Below, piece after piece: positions 1-12,231 of a DNA stretch of 64,000 nt (position 1 is its first letter; each line of letters starts with the position of its first letter). The DNA lies in NCBI RefSeq assembly GCF_013315695.1, contig NZ_CP054353.1; one strand, 5' to 3'. Both the position numbers and the translations under genes were made by a program. This stretch comes from Escherichia coli (GTDB lineage: Bacteria; Pseudomonadota; Gammaproteobacteria; Enterobacterales; Enterobacteriaceae). The notes beneath the pieces were generated by a model. It had not been told where the DNA came from and ran no database searches. It saw only the letters and a program-made list of their open reading frames with translations.

Positions 1-57
1 GTCGATATTCGCCAGCGCATCTGGCAACCCACTCAACTGGAAGGAAAACAATTATGA
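1..57 (+). CDS. ssuA: 3' end of sulfonate ABC transporter substrate-binding protein (partial, upstream gene of ssuD)
   Basis: Frame-1 reading ends at TGA 55-57, overlapping the ssuD ATG (ATGA); position upstream of ssuD matches the ssuEADCB operon order. Only 19 codons visible. Confidence 0.5.
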   Translation, partial: VDIRQRIWQPTQLEGKQL

Positions 58-1199
58 GTCTGAATATGTTCTGGTTTTTACCGACCCACGGTGACGGGCA
101 TTATCTGGGAACGGAAGAAGGTTCACGCCCGGTTGATCACGGTTATCTGCAACAAATTGCGCAAGCGGCGGATCGTCTGGGCTATACCGGTGTGCTGATC
201 CCGACGGGGCGATCGTGTGAAGATGCGTGGCTGGTGGCGGCGTCGATGATCCCGGTGACACAACGGCTGAAGTTTCTTGTCGCCCTGCGCCCCAGTGTGA
301 CATCGCCTACCGTTGCCGCCCGCCAGGCCGCCACGCTTGACCGTCTCTCTAACGGACGTGCGTTGTTTAACCTGGTCACAGGCAGCGATCCCCAAGAACT
401 GGCAGGCGACGGCGTGTTCCTTGATCATAGCGAGCGTTACGAAGCCTCGGCAGAATTTACCCAGGTCTGGCGGCGGTTGTTGCTTGGCGAGACAGTGGAT
501 TTCAACGGCAAACATATTCATGTACGCGGAGCCAAACTGCTCTTCCCGCCGATTCAACAGCCTTATCCTCCGCTTTACTTTGGCGGATCGTCAGATGTCG
601 CCCAGGAGCTGGCGGCAGAACAAGTTGATCTCTACCTCACCTGGGGCGAACCACCGGAACTGGTAAAAGAGAAAATCGAACAAGTGCGGGCGAAAGCTGC
701 CGCGCATGGACGCAAAATTCGTTTCGGTATTCGTCTGCATGTGATTGTTCGTGAAACCAACGACGAAGCGTGGCAGGCCGCCGAGCGGTTAATCTCGCAT
801 CTTGATGATGAAACTATCGCCAAAGCACAGGCCGCATTCGCCCGCACGGATTCCGTAGGACAACAGCGAATGGCGGCGCTACATAACGGCAAGCGCGACA
901 ATCTGGAGATCAGCCCCAATTTATGGGCGGGTGTTGGCTTAGTGCGCGGCGGTGCCGGGACGGCGCTGGTGGGCGATGGTCCTACGGTCGCCGCGCGAAT
1001 CAACGAATACGCTGCACTTGGCATCGACAGTTTTGTGCTTTCGGGCTACCCGCATCTGGAAGAAGCGTATCGGGTCGGCGAGTTACTGTTCCCACATCTG
1101 GATGTCGCCATCCCGGAAATTCCCCAGCCACAACCGCTGAATCCGCAAGGCGAAGCGGTGGCGAATGATTTTATCCCCCGTAAAGTCGCGCAAAGCTAA
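54..1199 (+). CDS. ssuD: FMNH2-dependent alkanesulfonate monooxygenase
   Basis: 381-aa ORF whose sequence ([19 protein letters not shown]...) matches the luciferase-like monooxygenase SsuD; followed directly by ssuC and ssuB. Confidence 0.93.
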   Translation: MSLNMFWFLPTHGDGHYLGTEEGSRPVDHGYLQQIAQAADRLGYTGVLIPTGRSCEDAWLVAASMIPVTQRLKFLVALRPSVTSPTVAARQAATLDRLSNGRALFNLVTGSDPQELAGDGVFLDHSERYEASAEFTQVWRRLLLGETVDFNGKHIHVRGAKLLFPPIQQPYPPLYFGGSSDVAQELAAEQVDLYLTWGEPPELVKEKIEQVRAKAAAHGRKIRFGIRLHVIVRETNDEAWQAAERLISHLDDETIAKAQAAFARTDSVGQQRMAALHNGKRDNLEISPNLWAGVGLVRGGAGTALVGDGPTVAARINEYAALGIDSFVLSGYPHLEEAYRVGELLFPHLDVAIPEIPQPQPLNPQGEAVANDFIPRKVAQS

Positions 1200-1210
1200 G
1201 GAACACGATG

Positions 1211-2002
1211 ATGGCAACGCCAGTGAAGAAGTGGTTATTGCGCGTTGCCCCCTGGTTTTTACCGGTGGGCATCGTGGCGGTGTGGCAACTGGCCTCCTCG
1301 GTTGGCTGGCTATCGACGCGTATTTTGCCCTCACCGGAAGGAGTGGTGATGGCGTTCTGGACGCTCTCTGCCAGCGGCGAATTGTGGCAGCATCTGGCGA
1401 TCAGCTCCTGGCGGGCGTTGATTGGCTTTTCAATTGGCGGATCGCTGGGCTTGATTCTGGGACTGATTAGCGGGCTGTCGCACTGGGGAGAACGGCTGCT
1501 GGATACCTCCATTCAGATGTTGCGCAACGTGCCGCATCTGGCGCTGATCCCGCTGGTGATTTTGTGGTTTGGCATTGATGAATCCGCAAAAATCTTTCTG
1601 GTGGCGCTCGGTACGCTATTCCCCATTTATATCAACACCTGGCATGGCATCCGTAATATCGACCGTGGGCTGGTGGAGATGGCACGTAGCTATGGATTAT
1701 CCGGCATACCGCTGTTTATCCATGTGATCCTGCCTGGTGCCCTGCCCTCAATTATGGTCGGTGTGCGTTTTGCTTTGGGCCTGATGTGGCTGACGCTGAT
1801 CGTTGCCGAAACTATTTCTGCCAATTCCGGCATTGGTTATCTGGCGATGAATGCGCGGGAGTTTCTGCAAACGGACGTGGTGGTAGTCGCTATTATTCTT
1901 TACGCCCTGCTCGGCAAACTTGCTGACGTCAGCGCGCAGCTGTTAGAGCGTCTCTGGTTGCGCTGGAACCCGGCTTATCATTTGAAGGAGGCCACGGTAT
2001 GA
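1211..2002 (+). CDS. ssuC: alkanesulfonate ABC transporter permease
   Basis: Polytopic membrane ORF ([18 protein letters not shown]...) with ABC permease signature region; stop overlaps the ssuB start (ATGA at 1999-2002). Confidence 0.92.
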   Translation: MATPVKKWLLRVAPWFLPVGIVAVWQLASSVGWLSTRILPSPEGVVMAFWTLSASGELWQHLAISSWRALIGFSIGGSLGLILGLISGLSHWGERLLDTSIQMLRNVPHLALIPLVILWFGIDESAKIFLVALGTLFPIYINTWHGIRNIDRGLVEMARSYGLSGIPLFIHVILPGALPSIMVGVRFALGLMWLTLIVAETISANSGIGYLAMNAREFLQTDVVVVAIILYALLGKLADVSAQLLERLWLRWNPAYHLKEATV

Positions 2003-2766
2003 ATACTGCTCGTCTGAACCAGGGCACACCATTGTTGCTCAATGCAGTAAGCAAACATTACGCGGAAAATACCGTCCTGAACCAACTGGATTTACATATT
2101 CCGGCAGGTCAGTTTGTGGCGGTGGTGGGCCGCAGCGGTGGTGGCAAAAGTACCCTGCTGCGCCTGCTGGCAGGTCTGGAAACGCCAACCGCAGGCGACG
2201 TGTTAGCGGGCACCACACCGCTGGCTGAGATTCAGGATGATACGCGAATGATGTTTCAGGACGCGCGTCTGCTGCCGTGGAAATCGGTGATTGATAACGT
2301 TGGGTTAGGCCTTAAAGGCCAGTGGCGCGATGCGGCGCGTCAGGCTCTGGCTGCGGTAGGACTGGAGAATCGCGCGGGGGAATGGCCTGCCGCACTTTCT
2401 GGCGGGCAGAAACAACGTGTGGCGCTGGCAAGGGCGCTGATTCATCGACCGGGTTTATTGTTACTTGATGAACCACTCGGTGCGCTGGACGCTTTAACGC
2501 GACTCGAGATGCAGGATTTGATTGTGTCGCTTTGGCAGAAGCACGGTTTTACCGTTTTGCTGGTGACGCATGATGTGAGCGAAGCGGTAGCAATGGCTGA
2601 CCGGGTGTTGTTAATTGAAGAGGGAAAAATTGGTCTGGATTTAACAGTGGATATCCCCCGTCCGCGTCGGTTAGGGTCGGTACGATTAGCAGAGCTGGAA
2701 GCGGAAGTATTGCAGCGGGTGATGAAGCGTGGTGAATCTGAAACTCGCCTGAGAAAACAGGGGTAA
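1999..2766 (+). CDS. ssuB: alkanesulfonate ABC transporter ATP-binding protein
   Basis: Walker A (GRSGGGKST), ABC signature (LSGGQKQR) and Walker B (LLLLDEP) motifs visible in the translation. Confidence 0.93.
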   Translation: MNTARLNQGTPLLLNAVSKHYAENTVLNQLDLHIPAGQFVAVVGRSGGGKSTLLRLLAGLETPTAGDVLAGTTPLAEIQDDTRMMFQDARLLPWKSVIDNVGLGLKGQWRDAARQALAAVGLENRAGEWPAALSGGQKQRVALARALIHRPGLLLLDEPLGALDALTRLEMQDLIVSLWQKHGFTVLLVTHDVSEAVAMADRVLLIEEGKIGLDLTVDIPRPRRLGSVRLAELEAEVLQRVMKRGESETRLRKQG

Positions 2767-2774
2767 ATTCTCCA

Positions 2775-2798
2775 AATGGCGGCGCTATTGCCGCCATT
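2775..2798. terminator. GC-rich hairpin between convergent ssuB and pepN (probable bidirectional terminator)
   Basis: Perfect inverted repeat AATGGCGGC...GCCGCCATT with a T-rich flank, in the 42-bp gap between two convergent stop codons. Confidence 0.6.
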
Positions 2799-2808
2799 CG
2801 GTTATTTA

Positions 2809-5421
2809 TTAAGCCAGTGCTTTGGTTATCTTCTCGTACAGATCGCCAGAGAGATTTTCCAGCCCTTTCAACTGCTCCAGCGCCGCGCGCATTTTCTCCT
2901 GACGTTTGGCATCGTAACGTTTCAGGCGAATCAGCGGCTCAATCAGGCGCGATGCCACCTGCGGGTTACGGCTGTTGAGGTCGGTAAGCATTTCCACAAG
3001 GAACTGATAACCGCTGCCATCTTCGGCATGGAACGCTGCCGGGTTGCTGCCCGCAAACGCGCCAATCAACGAACGAATGCGGTTCGGGTTGCTCATGGTA
3101 AATGAGCGATGCTGCAACAGACCGCGCACCGTCTCCAGCACATTCGCCGCCGGGCTGGTGGCTTGCAGGATAAACCATTTATCCATCACCAGACCGTCCA
3201 GATGCCACTTATCGTCGTATTCCTGCATCAGCGCATCACGGCATGGCAGTTGTGCGGCAACCGCCGCAGAAAGCGCCGCCAGCGCATCGGTCATATTGTT
3301 CGCTTCGTGGAACTGCTTGCTCACCAGCACGTCAGCCAGATGCGTTTCACCAAAAGCAAGGAAGCGCAGGCAGGCATTACGCAGAGTGCGTTTCGCAATA
3401 TCTTCATGCTCAACACGGTACTCGCTCTGGTAATTCGCGTTGTAAATAGCCAGCAGCTCATCCGCCAGTTCAGTCGCCAGAGTACGAGTGAGTGCTTCGC
3501 GTACTTCGGCAATAGCAATCGGGTCGATGATATCGAACAGTTCAGCCATTTCATTGACAGAAGGCAGCGTCAGGATTTCTGCCGCCAGCGCCGGATCAAT
3601 CTTCTCATCGAGCAGCACCGCGCGGAAAGCGTCAGCCACATGCACCGGCAGAGACAGCGGCTGCCCTTGCTGATGACGGGCGACGTTTAGCTTGATGTAG
3701 GTTGCCAGCAGGCTTTGCGCCGCATCCCAACGGGAGAAATCATTACGCGCATGACGCATCAGGAAGGTCAGTTGCTGATCGCTCCACTTATATTCCAGTT
3801 TCACTGGCGCAGAGAATTCGCACAGCAGCGCAGGCACCGGCTGGAAGTAGACATTATCAAAGACAAAGGTCTGTTCCGCCTGAGTGACGTTTAGCACGGA
3901 ATTCACCGGATGACCGCCTTTCTGCAACGGGATCACTTTGCCTTCGTTATCATACAATTCGATTGCAAACGGAATATGCAGCGGTTGTTTTTCTGCCTGA
4001 TCCGGCGTAGCTGGCGTGCGCTGGCTGATGGTCAGGGTGTACTGCTCGGTTTCCGGATTATAGTCGTCTTTGACGGTCACAACCGGCGTACCGGACTGGC
4101 TGTACCAACGGCGGAAATGAGAGAGATCGACATTCGACGCATCTTCCATCGCCTGAACAAAGTCGTCGCAGGTTGCCGCGCTGCCATCATGGCGCTCGAA
4201 ATAGAGCTGCATCCCTTTCTGGAAGTTTTCTTCGCCCAGCAGGGTGTGGATCATGCGAATCACTTCCGCGCCCTTCTCGTAAACGGTCAGGGTGTAGAAG
4301 TTGTTCATCTCAATGACCATATCCGGGCGGATCGGGTGCGCCATCGGGCTGGCGTCTTCCGCAAACTGCAATCCGCGCATGGTGCGCACGTTGTTGATAC
4401 GGTTTACCGCGCGAGAACCAAGGTCAGAGCTGAACTCCTGATCGCGGAAGACGGTTAAACCTTCTTTCAGGCTGAGCTGGAACCAGTCGCGGCAGGTCAC
4501 TCGGTTACCGGTCCAGTTATGGAAATATTCATGGCCGATAACGCGTTCAATATCGAGGTAATCTTTGTCGGTGGCGGTATCGGTGCGGGCCAGCACATAT
4601 TTGGAGTTAAAGATATTCAGCCCCTTATTCTCCATTGCGCCCATATTGAAGAAATCCACCGCGACGATCATATAGATGTCGAGGTCATACTCCAGGCCGA
4701 AGCGCTCTTCATCCCATTTCATGGAGTTTTTCAGCGAGGTCATCGCCCACGGCGCACGATCAAGGTTGCCGCGAACGACGTACAGCTCCAGCGCAACTTC
4801 GCGACCAGAACGCGTGGTGAAGGTGTCGCGCAGCACGTCGAAGTCGCCTGCCACCAGCGCAAACAAGTAGCACGGTTTAGGGAACGGGTCCTGCCACTGT
4901 ACCCAGTGACGTCCGTTTTCCAGTTCGCCTTGCGCAACGCGGTTACCGTTGGAAAGCAGGAAGGGATATTGGGTTTTATCGGCAATAATTTTGGTGGTAA
5001 AACGCGCCAGCACGTCCGGGCGGTCGAGATAATACGTAATATGGCGGAAACCTTCGGCTTCACACTGGGTGCAAAGCGCATCGCCTGACTGATAAAGCCC
5101 TTCCAGCGCGGTATTCGTCGCCGGGCTAATTTCATTAACGATCTTAAGCGTAAAACGCTCCGGCAAATTACTGATGACCAGTGCGCCCTCTTCTTCTTTC
5201 CAGGCGGTCCACGGCTCATCATTAATATGAACAGAAACCAGTTTAAGATCTTCGCCATCAAGACGAAGCGGAGCATCTGATGCACCATGACGGACAGCCT
5301 GGCTGACCGCGGTAACGACCGTCTTTTGCGCGTCCAGGTCAAAGGTCAAGTCAATATCAGTAATCTGGTAATCCGGCGCACGATAATCGTGACGGTATTT
5401 GGCTTGTGGCTGTTGAGTCAT
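2809..5421 (-). CDS. pepN: aminopeptidase N
   Basis: 870-aa ORF with M1 zinc-metallopeptidase motifs GAMEN and HEYFHNWTGN(x18)E; length and sequence match PepN. Confidence 0.95.
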   Translation of the reverse strand: MTQQPQAKYRHDYRAPDYQITDIDLTFDLDAQKTVVTAVSQAVRHGASDAPLRLDGEDLKLVSVHINDEPWTAWKEEEGALVISNLPERFTLKIVNEISPATNTALEGLYQSGDALCTQCEAEGFRHITYYLDRPDVLARFTTKIIADKTQYPFLLSNGNRVAQGELENGRHWVQWQDPFPKPCYLFALVAGDFDVLRDTFTTRSGREVALELYVVRGNLDRAPWAMTSLKNSMKWDEERFGLEYDLDIYMIVAVDFFNMGAMENKGLNIFNSKYVLARTDTATDKDYLDIERVIGHEYFHNWTGNRVTCRDWFQLSLKEGLTVFRDQEFSSDLGSRAVNRINNVRTMRGLQFAEDASPMAHPIRPDMVIEMNNFYTLTVYEKGAEVIRMIHTLLGEENFQKGMQLYFERHDGSAATCDDFVQAMEDASNVDLSHFRRWYSQSGTPVVTVKDDYNPETEQYTLTISQRTPATPDQAEKQPLHIPFAIELYDNEGKVIPLQKGGHPVNSVLNVTQAEQTFVFDNVYFQPVPALLCEFSAPVKLEYKWSDQQLTFLMRHARNDFSRWDAAQSLLATYIKLNVARHQQGQPLSLPVHVADAFRAVLLDEKIDPALAAEILTLPSVNEMAELFDIIDPIAIAEVREALTRTLATELADELLAIYNANYQSEYRVEHEDIAKRTLRNACLRFLAFGETHLADVLVSKQFHEANNMTDALAALSAAVAAQLPCRDALMQEYDDKWHLDGLVMDKWFILQATSPAANVLETVRGLLQHRSFTMSNPNRIRSLIGAFAGSNPAAFHAEDGSGYQFLVEMLTDLNSRNPQVASRLIEPLIRLKRYDAKRQEKMRAALEQLKGLENLSGDLYEKITKALA

Positions 5422-5686
5422 AAATAACCTTTAGCATCTTTTATAGAGTCTGGTGTTCAGTCTATTCCTGTTGCGTAAATCGCGCTATGCAGAATCTTCA
5501 TCTTTTCAGGTACAAACGCCTTTATTGCTACATTTTTATAACATACACCGCGTAATGCCATCGACCAGAAAGGTGGCATATGGTGTGATCGGGGTTCAAT
5601 AAATTGCGAAACAAGGTATACTCCAGCAGTTCCTGAAGATGTTTATTGTACTAAACGCTCCTGTACGAGGACGCTACTGCGCACCT

Positions 5687-6889
5687 ATGACACAATTCGC
5701 TTCTCCTGTTCTGCACTCGTTGCTGGATACAGATGCTTATAAGTTGCATATGCAGCAAGCCGTGTTTCATCACTATTACGATGTGCATGTCGCGGCGGAG
5801 TTTCGTTGCCGAGGTGACGATCTGCTGGGTATTTATGCCGATGCTATTCGTGAACAGGTTCAGGCGATGCAGCACCTGCGCCTGCAGGATGATGAATATC
5901 AGTGGCTCTCTGCCCTGCCTTTCTTTCAGGCCGACTATCTTAACTGGTTACGCGAGTTCCGCTTTAACCCGGAACAAGTCACCGTATCCAACGATAATGG
6001 CAAGCTGGATATTCGTTTAAGCGGCCCGTGGCGTGAAGTCATCCTCTGGGAAGTTCCTTTGCTGGCGGTTATCAGTGAAATGGTACATCGCTATCGCTCA
6101 CCGCAGACCGACGTTGCGCAAGCCCTCGACACGCTGGAAAGCAAATTAGTCGACTTCTCGGCATTAACCGCCGGTCTTGATATGTCGCGCTTCCATCTGA
6201 TGGATTTTGGCACCCGCCGCCGTTTTTCTCGCGAAGTACAAGAAACCATCGTTAAGCGTCTGCAACAGGAATCCTGGTTCGTGGGCACCAGCAACTATGA
6301 TCTGGCGCGCCGGCTTTCCCTCACGCCGATGGGAACACAGGCACACGAATGGTTCCAGGCGCATCAGCAAATCAGCCCGGATCTAGCCAACAGCCAGCGA
6401 GCTGCACTTGCTGCCTGGCTGGAAGAATATCCCGACCAACTTGGCATTGCATTAACCGACTGCATCACTATGGATGCTTTCCTGCGTGATTTCGGTGTCG
6501 AGTTCGCCAGTCGCTATCAGGGCCTGCGTCATGACTCTGGCGACCCGGTTGAATGGGGTGAAAAAGCCATTGCACATTATGAGAAGCTGGGAATTGATCC
6601 ACAGAGTAAAACGCTGGTTTTCTCTGACAATCTGGATTTACGCAAAGCGGTTGAGCTATACCGCCATTTCTCTTCCCGCGTGCAATTAAGTTTTGGTATT
6701 GGGACTCGCCTGACCTGCGATATCCCCCAGGTAAAACCCCTGAATATTGTCATTAAGTTGGTTGAGTGTAACGGTAAACCGGTGGCGAAACTTTCTGACA
6801 GCCCTGGCAAAACTATCTGCCACGATAAAGCGTTTGTTCGGGCACTGCGCAAAGCATTCGACCTTCCGCATATTAAAAAAGCCAGTTAA
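5687..6889 (+). CDS. pncB: nicotinate phosphoribosyltransferase
   Basis: Translation from ATG 5687 ([24 protein letters not shown]...) matches PncB; the track ORF start at 5639 is an upstream in-frame extension. Confidence 0.92.
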   Translation: MTQFASPVLHSLLDTDAYKLHMQQAVFHHYYDVHVAAEFRCRGDDLLGIYADAIREQVQAMQHLRLQDDEYQWLSALPFFQADYLNWLREFRFNPEQVTVSNDNGKLDIRLSGPWREVILWEVPLLAVISEMVHRYRSPQTDVAQALDTLESKLVDFSALTAGLDMSRFHLMDFGTRRRFSREVQETIVKRLQQESWFVGTSNYDLARRLSLTPMGTQAHEWFQAHQQISPDLANSQRAALAAWLEEYPDQLGIALTDCITMDAFLRDFGVEFASRYQGLRHDSGDPVEWGEKAIAHYEKLGIDPQSKTLVFSDNLDLRKAVELYRHFSSRVQLSFGIGTRLTCDIPQVKPLNIVIKLVECNGKPVAKLSDSPGKTICHDKAFVRALRKAFDLPHIKKAS

Positions 6890-6897
6890 TATCATCA

Positions 6898-6922
6898 GGG
6901 AGCTAATCGGCTCCCTTTTTTA
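6898..6922 (+). terminator. rho-independent terminator of pncB
   Basis: Hairpin GGGAGCTAATCGGCTCCC followed by TTTTTT immediately after the pncB stop. Confidence 0.65.
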
Positions 6923-7056
6923 CCTTTAATTCCGAAATCTTTCGCTGCATTTGCGAATTCTGCTTGTCTGATTGCAGATGCCAGGTAACATAGGTATCCC
7001 CCCATTTACGGGTGGACAAGTGTTTATTTTTTCCGACTATTAACAGAGAGAATATT

Positions 7057-8457
7057 ATGAGCGTTGTGCCTGTAGCCGACGTACTCCAGGGCCGCGTAGC
7101 CGTTGACAGCGAAGTCACCGTGCGCGGATGGGTACGTACCCGCCGAGATTCAAAAGCTGGCATCTCCTTCCTCGCCGTTTATGACGGTTCCTGCTTTGAT
7201 CCTGTACAGGCTGTCATCAATAATTCTCTGCCCAATTACAATGAAGACGTCCTGCGTCTGACCACCGGCTGCTCGGTCATTGTGACGGGTAAAGTCGTGG
7301 CGTCGCCGGGCCAGGGGCAACAATTTGAAATTCAGGCCAGCAAGGTTGAAGTTGCTGGTTGGGTTGAAGATCCAGACACTTACCCGATGGCGGCAAAACG
7401 CCACAGCATTGAGTATCTGCGTGAAGTCGCTCACCTGCGTCCGCGCACAAACCTGATTGGTGCCGTCGCGCGCGTTCGCCATACGCTGGCGCAGGCGCTG
7501 CATCGCTTCTTTAACGAGCAGGGATTCTTCTGGGTTTCAACGCCACTGATTACTGCGTCTGATACCGAAGGGGCTGGCGAAATGTTCCGCGTTTCTACGC
7601 TGGATCTGGAAAACCTGCCGCGTAACGATCAGGGCAAAGTGGATTTCGACAAAGACTTCTTTGGTAAAGAGTCTTTCCTGACCGTATCTGGCCAGTTGAA
7701 CGGCGAAACCTACGCTTGCGCATTATCCAAAATTTATACCTTCGGCCCGACTTTCCGTGCTGAAAACTCCAACACCAGCCGTCACCTGGCGGAATTCTGG
7801 ATGCTGGAGCCGGAAGTGGCGTTTGCTAACCTGAACGATATCGCGGGTCTGGCTGAAGCCATGCTGAAATATGTCTTCAAAGCGGTTCTCGAAGAACGCG
7901 CTGACGACATGAAATTCTTCGCTGAACGCGTAGATAAAGATGCCGTTTCACGTCTGGAACGCTTCATTGAAGCCGATTTTGCGCAGGTGGATTACACCGA
8001 CGCAGTGACCATTCTCGAAAACTGCGGCAGGAAGTTTGAAAACCCTGTTTACTGGGGCGTTGATCTCTCTTCTGAGCATGAGCGTTATCTGGCGGAAGAA
8101 CACTTTAAAGCACCGGTAGTGGTTAAAAACTATCCGAAAGATATTAAAGCGTTCTATATGCGCCTTAACGAAGACGGTAAAACCGTTGCGGCTATGGACG
8201 TTCTGGCTCCGGGCATCGGTGAGATCATTGGTGGCTCTCAGCGTGAAGAACGCCTGGACGTGCTGGACGAGCGTATGCTGGAAATGGGCCTGAATAAAGA
8301 AGATTACTGGTGGTATCGCGATCTGCGTCGCTACGGTACTGTTCCGCATTCAGGTTTCGGTCTTGGTTTTGAACGCCTGATTGCTTACGTAACTGGTGTG
8401 CAAAACGTGCGTGATGTGATTCCGTTCCCACGTACTCCGCGTAACGCCAGCTTCTAA
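7057..8457 (+). CDS. asnS: asparagine--tRNA ligase
   Basis: 466-aa class II aaRS ([13 protein letters not shown]...; C-terminal GLGFERL motif); the track ORF start at 7012 is an upstream extension. Confidence 0.95.
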
Positions 8458-8470
8458 TTTAGCGTCTTCA

Positions 8471-8499
8471 AGAGCCAGCGCCCGCTGGCTCTTTTTTTA
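8471..8499 (+). terminator. rho-independent terminator of asnS
   Basis: Hairpin AGAGCCAGCG-CCCGCTGGCTCT followed by a run of seven T. Confidence 0.7.
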
Positions 8500-9058
8500 T
8501 CCTTTCTGTCAAGTTATCTGTTTGTTAAGTCAAGCAATCTATTTGCAACCCCGCCATAACGATCATCCTGTTACGGAATATTACACTGCAACATTTGCGC
8601 ACAAAAAATAATCCGCATTCTTATTGCGGATTAGTTTTTTCTTAGCTGATAGCACAATTTTCATACTATTTTTTGGCGTTCTGGATGTCTGAACGAGGAT
8701 TTAGTGCCAGGTCGATAAAGTTTCCATCAGAAACAAAATTTCCTTTTAGTTAATTTAAATATAAGGAAATCATATAAATAGATAAAAATTGCTGTAAATA
8801 TCATCACGCTTCTATGGAAATATGACGGTGTTCACAAAGTTCCTTAAATTTTACTTTTAGTTACATATTTTTTCTTTTTGAAACCAAATCTTTATCTTTG
8901 TAGCACTTTCACGGTAGCGAAACGTTAGTTTGAATGGAAAGATGCCTGCAGACACATAAAGACACCAAACTCTCATCAATAGTTCCGTAAATTTTTATTG
9001 ACAGAACTTATTGACGGCAGTGGCAGGTGTCATAAAAAAACCATGAGGGTAATAAATA
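8500..9058 (+). promoter_or_regulatory. long AT-rich ompF upstream regulatory region (promoter, expected OmpR/IHF binding region)
   Basis: About 560 bp of AT-rich non-coding DNA directly upstream of ompF; individual OmpR boxes and the -10/-35 were not mapped here. The assignment rests on known ompF regulation. Confidence 0.55.
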
Positions 9059-10132
9059 ATGATGAAGCGCAATATTCTGGCAGTGATCGTCCCTGCTCTG
9101 TTAGTAGCAGGTACTGCAAACGCTGCAGAAATCTATAACAAAGATGGCAACAAAGTAGATCTGTACGGTAAAGCTGTCGGTCTGCATTATTTTTCTAAAG
9201 ACAATGGTGTAAACAGTTACGGCGGAAACGGCGACAAAACTTATGCCCGTCTTGGTTTTAAAGGGGAAACACAAATCAATTCCGATCTGACCGGCTACGG
9301 TCAGTGGGAATATAACTTCCAGGGTAACAACTCTGAAGGCGCTGATGCCCAGAAAGGTAACAAAACTCGTCTGGCATTCGCAGGTCTGAAATTCGCTGAT
9401 GCGGGTTCTATCGACTACGGTCGTAACTACGGTGTGGTTTACGACGCACTGGGTTACACCGATATGCTGCCTGAGTTCGGCGGTGACACGGCATACAGCG
9501 ATGACTTCTTCGTTGGTCGTGTAGGCGGCGTTGCTACCTATCGTAACTCCAACTTCTTCGGTCTGGTTGACGGCCTGAACTTTGCCGTTCAGTACTTGGG
9601 CAAAAACGAACGTGCTGGTATTCCTGAGCGTTCCAACGGCGACGGCGTCGGTGGCTCTATCAGCTACGAATTCGAAGGCTTTGGTATCGTAGGTGCTTAC
9701 GGTGCAGCAGACCGTACCGACGCCCAGGAAGCCGAATTCCGCGGTCAGGGTAAAAAAGCTGAACAGTGGGCAACTGGTCTGAAGTATGACGCGAACAACA
9801 TCTACCTGGCAGCGAACTACGGTGAAACCCGTAACGCTACGCCAATTGAAGGCGGCTTCGCCAACAAAACGCAAGACGTTCTGTTAGTTGCGCAATACCA
9901 GTTCGATTTCGGTCTGCGTCCGTCCATCGCTTACACCAAATCTAAAGCGAAAGACGTAGAAGGTATCGGTGATGTTGATCTGGTGAACTACTTTGAAGTG
10001 GGCGCAACCTACTACTTCAACAAAAACATGTCCACCTATGTTGACTACATCATCAACCAGATCGATTCTGACAACAAACTGGGCGTAGGTTCAGACGACA
10101 CCGTTGCTGTGGGTATCGTTTACCAGTTCTAA
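9059..10132 (+). CDS. ompF: outer membrane porin F (loop-variant allele)
   Basis: 357-aa ORF with signal peptide [22 protein letters not shown], a C-terminal ...VGIVYQF beta-barrel terminus, and conserved barrel strands. Confidence 0.93.
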   Translation: MMKRNILAVIVPALLVAGTANAAEIYNKDGNKVDLYGKAVGLHYFSKDNGVNSYGGNGDKTYARLGFKGETQINSDLTGYGQWEYNFQGNNSEGADAQKGNKTRLAFAGLKFADAGSIDYGRNYGVVYDALGYTDMLPEFGGDTAYSDDFFVGRVGGVATYRNSNFFGLVDGLNFAVQYLGKNERAGIPERSNGDGVGGSISYEFEGFGIVGAYGAADRTDAQEAEFRGQGKKAEQWATGLKYDANNIYLAANYGETRNATPIEGGFANKTQDVLLVAQYQFDFGLRPSIAYTKSKAKDVEGIGDVDLVNYFEVGATYYFNKNMSTYVDYIINQIDSDNKLGVGSDDTVAVGIVYQF

Positions 10133-10162
10133 TAGCACACCTCTTTGTTAAATGCCGAAAAA

Positions 10163-10188
10163 ACAGGACGTTGGTCCTGTTTTTTTTA
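10163..10188 (+). terminator. rho-independent terminator of ompF
   Basis: Hairpin ACAGGACGTTGGTCCTGT followed by eight T. Confidence 0.75.
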
Positions 10189-10316
10189 TGCCTTCCAGAG
10201 CAATCTCACGTCTTGCAAAAACAGCCTGCGTTTTCATCAGTAATAGTTGGAATTTTGTAAATCTCCCGTTACCCTGATAGCGGACTTCCCTTCTGTAACC
10301 ATAATGGAACCTCGTC

Positions 10317-11507
10317 ATGTTTGAGAACATTACCGCCGCTCCTGCCGACCCGATTCTGGGCCTGGCCGATCTGTTTCGTGCCGATGAACGTCCCGGCAAA
10401 ATTAACCTCGGGATTGGTGTCTATAAAGATGAGACGGGCAAAACCCCGGTACTGACCAGCGTGAAAAAGGCTGAACAGTATTTGCTCGAAAATGAAACCA
10501 CCAAAAATTACCTCGGCATTGACGGCATCCCTGAATTTGGTCGCTGCACTCAGGAACTGCTGTTTGGTAAAGGTAGCGCCCTGATCAATGACAAACGTGC
10601 TCGCACGGCACAGACTCCGGGTGGCACTGGCGCACTACGCGTGGCTGCCGATTTCCTGGCAAAAAATACCAGCGTTAAGCGTGTGTGGGTGAGCAACCCA
10701 AGCTGGCCGAACCATAAAAGCGTCTTTAACTCTGCAGGTCTGGAAGTTCGTGAATACGCTTATTATGATGCAGAAAATCACACCCTTGACTTCGATGCAC
10801 TGATTAACAGCCTGAACGAAGCTCAGGCTGGCGACGTAGTGCTGTTCCATGGCTGCTGCCATAACCCAACCGGTATCGACCCTACGCTGGAACAATGGCA
10901 GACACTGGCACAACTTTCCGTTGAGAAAGGCTGGTTACCGCTGTTTGACTTCGCTTACCAGGGGTTTGCCCGTGGTCTGGAAGAAGATGCTGAAGGACTG
11001 CGCGCTTTCGCGGCTATGCATAAAGAGCTGATTGTTGCAAGTTCCTACTCTAAAAACTTTGGCCTGTACAACGAGCGTGTTGGCGCTTGTACTCTGGTTG
11101 CTGCTGACAGTGAGACCGTTGATCGCGCATTCAGCCAAATGAAAGCGGCGATTCGCGCTAACTACTCTAACCCACCAGCACACGGCGCTTCTGTTGTTGC
11201 CACCATCCTGAGCAACGATGCGTTACGTGCGATTTGGGAACAAGAGCTGACTGATATGCGCCAGCGTATTCAGCGTATGCGTCAGTTGTTCGTCAATACG
11301 CTGCAGGAAAAAGGCGCAAACCGCGACTTCAGCTTTATCATCAAACAGAACGGCATGTTCTCCTTCAGTGGCCTGACAAAAGAACAAGTGCTGCGTCTGC
11401 GCGAAGAGTTTGGCGTGTATGCTGTTGCTTCTGGTCGTGTGAACGTAGCCGGGATGACACCAGATAACATGGCTCCGCTGTGCGAAGCGATTGTGGCAGT
11501 GCTGTAA
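10317..11507 (+). CDS. aspC: aspartate aminotransferase
   Basis: 396-aa ORF ([36 protein letters not shown]...) containing the PLP-lysine motif SYSKNFGLY. Confidence 0.95.
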   Translation: MFENITAAPADPILGLADLFRADERPGKINLGIGVYKDETGKTPVLTSVKKAEQYLLENETTKNYLGIDGIPEFGRCTQELLFGKGSALINDKRARTAQTPGGTGALRVAADFLAKNTSVKRVWVSNPSWPNHKSVFNSAGLEVREYAYYDAENHTLDFDALINSLNEAQAGDVVLFHGCCHNPTGIDPTLEQWQTLAQLSVEKGWLPLFDFAYQGFARGLEEDAEGLRAFAAMHKELIVASSYSKNFGLYNERVGACTLVAADSETVDRAFSQMKAAIRANYSNPPAHGASVVATILSNDALRAIWEQELTDMRQRIQRMRQLFVNTLQEKGANRDFSFIIKQNGMFSFSGLTKEQVLRLREEFGVYAVASGRVNVAGMTPDNMAPLCEAIVAVL

Positions 11508-11522
11508 GCGTTAAAAACAATG

Positions 11523-11550
11523 AAGCCCGCTTAAAAAGCGGGCTTTTTTA
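11523..11550. terminator. hairpin between convergent aspC and gloC (bidirectional terminator)
   Basis: AAGCCCGCTT-AAAAAGCGGGCTT stem with T/A tracts on both sides. Confidence 0.65.
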
Positions 11551-11557
11551 TGCGCCT

Positions 11558-12205
11558 TTACCAGACGGGCATTTCGTCTTGCAGGAAGGGATTATGCAGG
11601 CGCTCATAACCAAGTGTGGATAATGGTCCGTGACCCGGAATAAATGTCACGTCATCCCCCAGTGGCAGCAATTTATCTTTGATTGAAGAAATCAGTTGAT
11701 TATGATCGCCACGCGGGAAGTCACTGCGCCCTACTCCACCTTTGAAAATAACGTCGCCAGAAATCAGCAGCCTTGCCCGCTCATCAAAAAACACGACATG
11801 ACCCGGCGTATGCCCAGGGCAATGTAACACCTGTAAAGTCACATTCCCTATGCTGATGGTATCGCCTTCGTTCAGCCAACGATCTGGCGTCAGCGGCTGG
11901 CACTCTTCCAGACCAAACATACGACTTTGCGCAGGCAAGCCTTGCAGCCAGAACTCATCTTCTTTTTCCGGGCCAAAAACCGGCACGCCGTAATGTTGCG
12001 CCAGTTCCGCCGCTGCGCCAACGTGGTCCAGATGACCATGAGTCAGCAGGATCTGCATCAGTGTCAGGCCGCTGGCATCAACTTCCTGTTTGATTTTTTC
12101 CGCATCGCCGCCAGGATCGACCAGTGCGGCCAGACGGGTTTGTTCACACCAGATCAATGAACAGTTCTGGGAGAATGCGGTGACCGGAATAATACGATAG
12201 TTCAT
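11558..12205 (-). CDS. gloC: metallo-beta-lactamase-fold hydroxyacylglutathione hydrolase (glyoxalase II family)
   Basis: 215-aa ORF with the MBL motif THGHLDHVG; position beside aspC matches ycbL/gloC. Confidence 0.85.
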   Translation of the reverse strand: MNYRIIPVTAFSQNCSLIWCEQTRLAALVDPGGDAEKIKQEVDASGLTLMQILLTHGHLDHVGAAAELAQHYGVPVFGPEKEDEFWLQGLPAQSRMFGLEECQPLTPDRWLNEGDTISIGNVTLQVLHCPGHTPGHVVFFDERARLLISGDVIFKGGVGRSDFPRGDHNQLISSIKDKLLPLGDDVTFIPGHGPLSTLGYERLHNPFLQDEMPVW

Positions 12206-12231
12206 ACTGCCCCTGTTTCGTTAAGCGATTA

